Below, in pieces: positions 58,369 through 64,000 of a stretch of 64,000 nucleotides of DNA. The DNA is from a virus: IMG/VR virus record IMGVR_UViG_3300049218_000295, positions 64,001-128,000 of that record; one strand, 5' to 3'. The notes beneath the pieces are model-generated. The model did not search any database. It worked only from the letters and a program-made list of their open reading frames with translations, and was not told the DNA's origin. A program made the position numbers and the translations under genes. Position 1 is the first letter of the stretch. Each line of letters starts with the position of its first letter.

Positions 58369-58902
58369 ATGCGAATCACTGTCATTCTGATAGTACTCAT
58401 GCTGTTGTCCACGCCCGCTCGCGCTGCGACCCAATGGGATGGTTTCATCAAACAAACCGAGAAAATCCTCAATCTCCCGCAACGACTCCTTGCTGCCATA
58501 ATCAAGTTTGAATCGAGCTTTAACTTCAATGCTGTTAACACCCAGAAGCCCGGAGTTGCAGTGACGAGTCACGGGCTTGGGCAACTCACCCTAGCCACCG
58601 CTCAATCTCTTTGCAACATGAGCCTGTCTGATCTCTATAACCCCATTAAAAACATTCGATGCTCGGCTAAGGTACTCCGTTACCAACTCGATCGATATGA
58701 CAATCTGGACTATGCCATTGCAGCTTATAACGCTGGCACCCCTTGTGTATGCGACGGCCATTTCTACCGTTACGAGGGTTGGCACGACGGCGAGGTTTGC
58801 AAAAAACCCCAAAGCAAGCAAGCTTTTACCTGTAATGGACGCGATAAGGGTCGGTTCCTCAATCAGTCGTACGTCGATGGCGTTAAGGACCTCATGCTGT
58901 AA
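58369..58902 (+). CDS. lytic transglycosylase (SLT), signal-peptide endolysin candidate
   Basis: Signal peptide MRITVILIVLMLLSTPARA; motifs ESS, GLGQL and AAYNAG. Confidence 0.85.
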   Translation: MRITVILIVLMLLSTPARAATQWDGFIKQTEKILNLPQRLLAAIIKFESSFNFNAVNTQKPGVAVTSHGLGQLTLATAQSLCNMSLSDLYNPIKNIRCSAKVLRYQLDRYDNLDYAIAAYNAGTPCVCDGHFYRYEGWHDGEVCKKPQSKQAFTCNGRDKGRFLNQSYVDGVKDLML

Positions 58903-58925
58903 CGTGGTTACGCCTAAAAGAGGTT

Positions 58926-59243
58926 GTGCAAGAAAAGCCAACTAAAGACCTAGAGTCTACAATTCGCTGGAAAAAAGCACGCTGCGGTGAAGTCTACAAT
59001 GTACTCAAAACAATCCTAAGTGCAACTATCAAAAATCAGACCTCTGAGTTTACTGAAGTAATTGAGGGCCTCGACCACTCCTATAAGTGCTTCGAGGCCC
59101 TCCTCATTTCTGAGGAGGTCCTGAACTTCGAAGAGGAGTGGCATAAAGGTGAATCTAAGATACCATTGCATGAGTTCCTAGGCTGGAACCGTGAACAGTA
59201 TGCCAGGTACGTAGAAAGCGGAAAGACGCCCTATGAACCTTGA
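58926..59243 (+). CDS. hypothetical protein
   Basis: WHKG...LHEFLGWNREQYARYV. Confidence 0.65.
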   Translation: MQEKPTKDLESTIRWKKARCGEVYNVLKTILSATIKNQTSEFTEVIEGLDHSYKCFEALLISEEVLNFEEEWHKGESKIPLHEFLGWNREQYARYVESGKTPYEP

Positions 59244-59541
59244 TTTGAAACAAGCGGTGTTGGCCGAAGTTTTGGAAGAACGAATCCGCCAAGATGAAAA
59301 ATGGGGAGAGCAAAACCCTCCCGATGGCACTGGCGGTCCAGGTCGTGCCGACGACGCTGATCAGGCCCGTCGCTTTTGCGACGAATCATTTAAGAATGGT
59401 ACTGGTACTTGGGCCGCAATCCTAGGGGAGGAAGTTGCTGAAGCTCTAGCAGAATCCGACCCCAACAAACTTCGCGCTGAACTAATACAATGCGCAGCAG
59501 TCTGCACTTCTTGGGTGGAAGCCATAGACCGCAGGTCATAA
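59233..59541 (+). CDS. MazG-like nucleotide pyrophosphatase
   Basis: ERIRQDEKWGEQ...EEVAEA...ELIQCAAV. Confidence 0.7.
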   Translation: MNLDLKQAVLAEVLEERIRQDEKWGEQNPPDGTGGPGRADDADQARRFCDESFKNGTGTWAAILGEEVAEALAESDPNKLRAELIQCAAVCTSWVEAIDRRS

Positions 59542-59553
59542 AAACTACGCATC

Positions 59554-60372
59554 ATGGAATTCGAACATTTTGCAAGCATTGCCATTCTAGAGTCCCATTG
59601 TGTAATTTCCGAAAAGATTCATGGGACCAACGCACAAATTGCCATTCCGGATGACCTCAGTACCATCTTCGCGGGCTCCCGCGAGCGCTGGGTTACGCCT
59701 GAGGATGATAACGCGGGTTTTGCTCGCAAGGTTTACGCAGAGAAGGAAGCCCTCTTTAAAGCTCTCGGCCCTGGTCGCCACTTTGGTGAATGGTACGGCT
59801 CTGGGATTGGGTCGGGTTATGGGTTGAAGGAAAAGCGGTTTGCGCTCTTCAACACGCATCGCTGGACTCAGCCCAAGAAAGATGGCCTGTTGCCAGCATG
59901 GGTCGACGTAGTTCCGATTTTGTATGAGGGCAATTTCACCCCAACAATTGTTGATGAGACAATGGCCAAGCTCAAGGAGAGCGGTTCTGCCGCTGTTCCC
60001 GGCTTCAAAAAACCGGAAGGTATTGTGGTCTACTTCTCACGCTCCAACACCATGTATAAGAAGGTATTCGAAAGCGAAGACACGCGTTGGGACCAAAAGG
60101 ATAAGAAAGAAAAGGCCCCACCTGACCCTGTATTTGAAGCCAAAGTGGATTCTTATCTGCACCCTATCCGTCTAGAGAAACTACTAATGCGGGATGAGCG
60201 CTATTTGCGCGAGTATCCCAAGTCGATGCCTGAGATTTGTAAGGCCTATATCGATGACCTCGTGAAAGAGGCCAATCCACCCATTGAGAACTTAGTTTTG
60301 GACGCTGTCAAGAAAAAAGCCTTTAAGATGGTTAAGACCATCGCAGATTCTTGGAAAAATGGTAGCCCTTGA
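59554..60372 (+). CDS. Rnl2-family RNA ligase
   Basis: Motif I EKIHGTN, FGEWYG, FALF and EGIVV. Confidence 0.85.
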   Translation: MEFEHFASIAILESHCVISEKIHGTNAQIAIPDDLSTIFAGSRERWVTPEDDNAGFARKVYAEKEALFKALGPGRHFGEWYGSGIGSGYGLKEKRFALFNTHRWTQPKKDGLLPAWVDVVPILYEGNFTPTIVDETMAKLKESGSAAVPGFKKPEGIVVYFSRSNTMYKKVFESEDTRWDQKDKKEKAPPDPVFEAKVDSYLHPIRLEKLLMRDERYLREYPKSMPEICKAYIDDLVKEANPPIENLVLDAVKKKAFKMVKTIADSWKNGSP

Positions 60373-60796
60373 GGCAACAGCAAGACAGAAGCAGTGGCTG
60401 AGTGAGAACAGAGTTGTTGCCCTTTACACGCTGGACCCACTAGCTTTTCTGAGGCTGACCTGTAATTCATACTTTACCCTTGGTTTCACCGAGGTCGATT
60501 GGTTTCTTTGGTCTACTCGGCCTTTGAGCTTCTATCAGTCAACCAAGGTTCAGGACTCTATGGTTGAACATCCTTTCCTAGAGTTGGACAGAGAGGGTAG
60601 AGTGGTTAGACATGAGGGACGTCATCGAGCGGCAGCCATTAAGAAGGCCGGTGGAGATACTTATGAGATTGCTATTCTTTCTGAGTACGGGGTTCCAGAC
60701 CGGATTGTGGCCCAGTCCGATACGAGCATAGTTCACGAAGTAAACCATGAGGCCCTTAGGTATGAATTTGACGGTGGAGCCAGGAGCGAGAATTGA
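60359..60796 (+). CDS. ParB/Srx-like hypothetical protein
   Basis: PFLEL...HEGRHRAAA. Confidence 0.6.
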   Translation: MVALEATARQKQWLSENRVVALYTLDPLAFLRLTCNSYFTLGFTEVDWFLWSTRPLSFYQSTKVQDSMVEHPFLELDREGRVVRHEGRHRAAAIKKAGGDTYEIAILSEYGVPDRIVAQSDTSIVHEVNHEALRYEFDGGARSEN

Positions 60797-60848
60797 ACTC
60801 GCGTTTAGAGCTTACCATGCTCTCGTTCTGCCACTGAACTATCCCGGC
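60775..60848 (-). tRNA. tRNA-Thr(GGT)
   Basis: GCCGGGA...TCCTGGC-TCCA acceptor; D-arm GTTC/GAAC; anticodon arm AGAGC-ATGGTAA-GCTCT; T-loop TTCAATT. Confidence 0.9.
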
Positions 60849-60861
60849 ATAAAAGGAAACT

Positions 60862-61356
60862 ATGAACTTGCAAGACACGATTAAAACTTATAATTGGGTT
60901 ACTGCTGATGGGGGCCGTCTTAAACTAAGTGAGATGACAACCCTGCATTTGGGTAACGTCCTCAAAATGATTTGGAACCACGTTTGTCACCGCTATAATG
61001 GCACAAAAGTAGATTTCAGCAACACCTATGGCCGGTTTACCCAGATGGCGGAAGAAGAGCCTGACAAGATGCTGGACCTCTGCATTATACTCCGTCATGC
61101 TATTGATAAGCGTCCCGATGTTTACACTCTCGACCCGTGGTACCCACAAATTGCCGCGCAACTTGCTAGTGGTCGACCAAGAGTCCGCCATGGTCAACTA
61201 CTCAATGGTGCGCACACGCGGTTCAAGCCCGTGTGTGAATTCTACCGAAGTACTCGACGTGCTTTTCACGCGCATCTGGACGCAACCATAGGTGGTACCA
61301 ACGGTCTCGACCTTGACAGCGAAGAATATGAAGATGAGTTCGACGGCCCTTATTGA
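60862..61356 (+). CDS. hypothetical protein
   Basis: WVTADG...LSEMTTLHLGN phage motif; SD AAGGA. Confidence 0.7.
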   Translation: MNLQDTIKTYNWVTADGGRLKLSEMTTLHLGNVLKMIWNHVCHRYNGTKVDFSNTYGRFTQMAEEEPDKMLDLCIILRHAIDKRPDVYTLDPWYPQIAAQLASGRPRVRHGQLLNGAHTRFKPVCEFYRSTRRAFHAHLDATIGGTNGLDLDSEEYEDEFDGPY

Positions 61357-63032
61357 AGCTGCATGATGAACAAAGTCTGGACACTGCTTGGGGTGACTTC
61401 TTGTCCGTGGACAAAAATGGTGTCCCCATACGAAGTCATTTGACTCGTTGCATAGTAAACCGTATCGCCACTGATGTAGCCCGGTGGCAAGATCGGGTAA
61501 ATGGTGCCGCTAGTACCGAAGCTGGTAACGACCTGAACAACATGACTAGCATTATTTAGCACTTGCACTTTGGTCATGTAATATTTCAAATCCGAGAAAT
61601 CAAAGTTCGAATATACTACAATAAAAGTGTCCAACGAAAGCGGAACAAACTTGGGGAAAACATTTGATGGAAGTACTGTTGATTCGTAATTAACCGACAA
61701 CGTCGGGTCATAAACATAAAAATTGCCAGTATTGCTGACAAGGGTCATGTAGCCAGTGCTGGTAACATAGTAATCAGTTACCATCAGTCCACTTGCTCCC
61801 ACTTCGAGCGAGTAAATTTGACCACCGATAGTCGGGCTATTCAGCACATACTGTAGGTTGGCACCGGTATTGTTTTGCACTACCGCCGCCGAACCGTACC
61901 AACCCTGAGAACCAACATAAAAACGCGGTGACCAATAGATTGAGAACGGGCTACTAACTTGGCCCGCTTGCATTGAGAAAGGAGCTTGCAAAGTGTTGGC
62001 CGAACCATCAGCATTCAGTGTTGCAAACACCAAGTCAATCGAGGTGTCGGCGTTCTGTCTGTAGCCACCTTGGTAAACGATGCCATTGTATTCAGCGATG
62101 ACATTGGCGACCCAAACTGCCCCATAAGACTGGAAGGCCAATCCATTCGTGCCGAACCCTGATAGCGGGTTGCCGTTCAGATCACAGGCGTAGACAAAGG
62201 AATTTGCAGCCTGCCAGTCCCCGAAGCTGTCAATCGAAATTGCATAATTTCCAAGGACATAAACGTTGCCGTCCGAACCCACCGTAAATGACTGGATATT
62301 AACCCAGTTGTTAACAAAGTCAAGTCCCGCAGGGTTCGGAGAGAATGAATTCAGCAAATTTCCAGAGCTATCATAAACCTGGAAGTTGATAGCTTGAACG
62401 CCTGGTGGTGCATTAGGTGGAGCACCATTAACACCGCTGCCGTTGGTGTTTTCCATAGCAATAATTCCGCCGGAGGGCGCGGGAAGAGCCAGGTTGATGA
62501 CACCCGAGCCGCTGGCTGTATAGTTAATACGGCCACCGGTCCCCCAAGCAGTATTGGGGGTCCCTGCAAAAGGAGAATATGCGGGAACAGGATGGGAGAG
62601 TTGGGTGCCGTTGTTGCCGGTGTAGATAATTGGAACCAAATATTGAGTGCCCTGAATAGTGGCATTCAGAATGTATAGGTTCAGGTTTGGAATGTTTGAA
62701 AATTGAAGAAGTACCCAGGACTGAACCTGAGTCTTAAAGTTGTCGAAGCTCGAGAGGTCCCAGCCGAGGCCGGTCCATGCCGAGGCCGCGAAATCGCTCG
62801 CTGCCTGCAAAGGCTGAGTTGTGTCCTGCATAAGAACACTGGACATAAGCTGTCCTTGACTAATAGCCGTGTTCGGGCCGCCACCGTTATTATTCAATCC
62901 AATCGGATCGAGAATGCAATAATCATTACCAGACTGTGGCCCCGTTTCTAGCCCGACGACAACGAACACGTCGCCAGAAATCGACCAGTTATTAGGCTCA
63001 AGGTCACGGTAGAAAATATTTGTCACAGACAT
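61350..63032 (-). CDS. beta-propeller-like (delta-60-type repeat) putative virion protein
   Basis: GNPLSGFGTNG and VTSFGTSG repeats; ATG 63032 after GAGG. Confidence 0.6.
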   Translation of the reverse strand: MSVTNIFYRDLEPNNWSISGDVFVVVGLETGPQSGNDYCILDPIGLNNNGGGPNTAISQGQLMSSVLMQDTTQPLQAASDFAASAWTGLGWDLSSFDNFKTQVQSWVLLQFSNIPNLNLYILNATIQGTQYLVPIIYTGNNGTQLSHPVPAYSPFAGTPNTAWGTGGRINYTASGSGVINLALPAPSGGIIAMENTNGSGVNGAPPNAPPGVQAINFQVYDSSGNLLNSFSPNPAGLDFVNNWVNIQSFTVGSDGNVYVLGNYAISIDSFGDWQAANSFVYACDLNGNPLSGFGTNGLAFQSYGAVWVANVIAEYNGIVYQGGYRQNADTSIDLVFATLNADGSANTLQAPFSMQAGQVSSPFSIYWSPRFYVGSQGWYGSAAVVQNNTGANLQYVLNSPTIGGQIYSLEVGASGLMVTDYYVTSTGYMTLVSNTGNFYVYDPTLSVNYESTVLPSNVFPKFVPLSLDTFIVVYSNFDFSDLKYYMTKVQVLNNASHVVQVVTSFGTSGTIYPILPPGYISGDTVYYATSQMTSYGDTIFVHGQEVTPSSVQTLFIMQLQ

Positions 63033-63051
63033 TTGAACACCTCGCAAAAGA

Positions 63052-63058
63052 AAGATAA
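63052..63058 (-). promoter_or_regulatory. TTATCTT putative late-promoter element
   Basis: Intergenic, directly after a hairpin, upstream of ATG 63032. Confidence 0.5.
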
Positions 63059-63103
63059 CATGATGTGACGCGTAATGGCATCACATTGTAGTACCTAAAG
63101 TCA

Positions 63104-63580
63104 TCACAGCAAAATAAACGCCATCTGCCGAGTGTAACGATTTGCAAACTCGTTGTGCCAACGGCACTTGAATTCTGATATTGTGAGTTTGAGGTACCGG
63201 GCTACAAAAGGGTCCATAAAGTAGACATGAGTGTCTGTGACCTTCATCGGGTTAATGTAGTGCCCAGAATCAAAGGAATTGCAGTTCAAATAAGGAAACT
63301 CTTCTTCGCCCCAAAGCTGCACTGCTGCGATCACCTGGCACCCATTTTCGAGACATTCTTGCATCTCTTCGAGTTCCAAAGGGCTCCGATAAAGATAAGG
63401 AATTTTGTAGTGGTTGCACGCTGCAACAATCCCCGAGGACGAGGTACCAATTCCGGGACGAGTCCCCATAAGTACCATGAGTTCCTTCTGATCCGCCACA
63501 ATACCCCGGTCCGCAACTGCTGCCTGAAATGCAGCGGCGGCACATGCGTAATCCGTGATTTGTTGGATGGGAGGTATCAT
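63104..63580 (-). CDS. peptidase C39-like cysteine protease
   Basis: QQITDYACAAA, GHY and MDP catalytic motifs. Confidence 0.85.
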   Translation of the reverse strand: MIPPIQQITDYACAAAAFQAAVADRGIVADQKELMVLMGTRPGIGTSSSGIVAACNHYKIPYLYRSPLELEEMQECLENGCQVIAAVQLWGEEEFPYLNCNSFDSGHYINPMKVTDTHVYFMDPFVARYLKLTISEFKCRWHNEFANRYTRQMAFILL

Positions 63581-63586
63581 AATGGA

Positions 63587-63593
63587 AAGATAA
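63587..63593 (-). promoter_or_regulatory. TTATCTT putative late-promoter element (leaderless)
   Basis: Motif ends 6 nt before ATG 63580; no SD. Confidence 0.55.
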
Positions 63594-63617
63594 GGGTCCC
63601 GAAATTACTCGGGACCC
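63594..63617 (-). terminator. hairpin terminator after the HNH gene
   Basis: 9-bp stem GGGTCCCGA/TCGGGACCC followed by T-rich sequence. Confidence 0.65.
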
Positions 63618-63625
63618 CAAGCTAC

Positions 63626-64000
63626 CTACCCAAATTCCAGTTCAGCATCCCAGTAGAGATAGTTTCTCCAGGATTCCGGGGTGTTGTTCTTGATTCGGAT
63701 AATCATATTCGGTGACCACTTCGGCTTGATAGGCTCCTTGATGAGCCTCATTCCAGCCTCAGCGGGAGTACGGCCACCCTTTTTGCGATTGCACGGTACG
63801 CAAGCCGTCACGATGTTTTCCCATGACTTCTTGCTGGCCGGAGTGTTGGTACACTTCGGAATGACGTGGTCGAAAGTGAGTTCTTCGGACTTTTTCTTCT
63901 TGCCACAGTATTGACATTTCCACTTGTCGCGGAAGAAAATATTGTAGCGCGAGAATTTCACCTTATTCTTGTTACGGACCATGGATACAAGAAGTCTCAG
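63626..64000 (-). CDS. HNH endonuclease (5'-partial)
   Basis: RDKWKCQYCG, TFDHVIP and WENIVTACVPCNRKKG; the frame is open to the window edge. Confidence 0.9.
   Translation of the reverse strand: MRLLVSMVRNKNKVKFSRYNIFFRDKWKCQYCGKKKKSEELTFDHVIPKCTNTPASKKSWENIVTACVPCNRKKGGRTPAEAGMRLIKEPIKPKWSPNMIIRIKNNTPESWRNYLYWDAELEFG

Noticed and set aside
520-63914. Numerous antisense and alternate-frame ORFs in the track (e.g. 520-1134, 3860-4351, 5857-6321, 49673-49858, 53802-54368)
   Set aside because: They shadow better-supported genes or tRNAs and lack SD sequences or motifs.
1-64000. CRISPR array or diversity-generating retroelement
   Set aside because: No spaced direct-repeat array, no reverse transcriptase, and no near-identical TR/VR pair seen; the collar paralogs differ throughout, not only at adenines.
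1-64000. Alternative genetic code (TAG/TGA recoding)
   Set aside because: Long genes are intact in code 11 and all three stop codons end tightly packed genes.

Overview
A gene-dense, mostly plus-strand segment of a large (jumbo-type) contractile-tailed bacteriophage genome, read in standard code 11. No rRNA, CRISPR array, integrase or reverse transcriptase was seen. From left to right: (1) the 3' end of a DnaX/clamp-loader gene and a DUF2786-like gene; (2) a VWA gene behind a structured ~200-nt leader, with small DNA-binding or stress proteins nearby, including an H1-like PAKK protein and a lipoprotein that the ORF track misses; (3) a NUDIX-ART-SprT polyvalent protein, a GT4 glycosyltransferase, a pyruvyltransferase and a Pol-beta nucleotidyltransferase; (4) a long baseplate and tail-fibre block (gp25-like, baseplate J, collagen-like, two giant paralogous fibre proteins, five tail-collar/HxH proteins, a ParB-like pair and a GT8-like gene); (5) a tubulin/FtsZ (PhuZ-like) GTPase; (6) an early region with near-consensus sigma70 promoters driving a MoxR AAA+/VWA cluster; (7) RmlC, an SLT lysin, a MazG-like gene, an Rnl2 RNA ligase, two atypical tRNAs, a C39 peptidase and an HNH nuclease. 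The most notable signals are the structured leader plus VWA and Cys-rich proteins sharing a C-terminal tag, a probable virion glycosylation/pyruvylation pathway, a recurrent TTATCTT late-promoter motif with leaderless starts, and nested insertion modules in the tail proteins. All family calls come from motif recognition by eye, not database searches.
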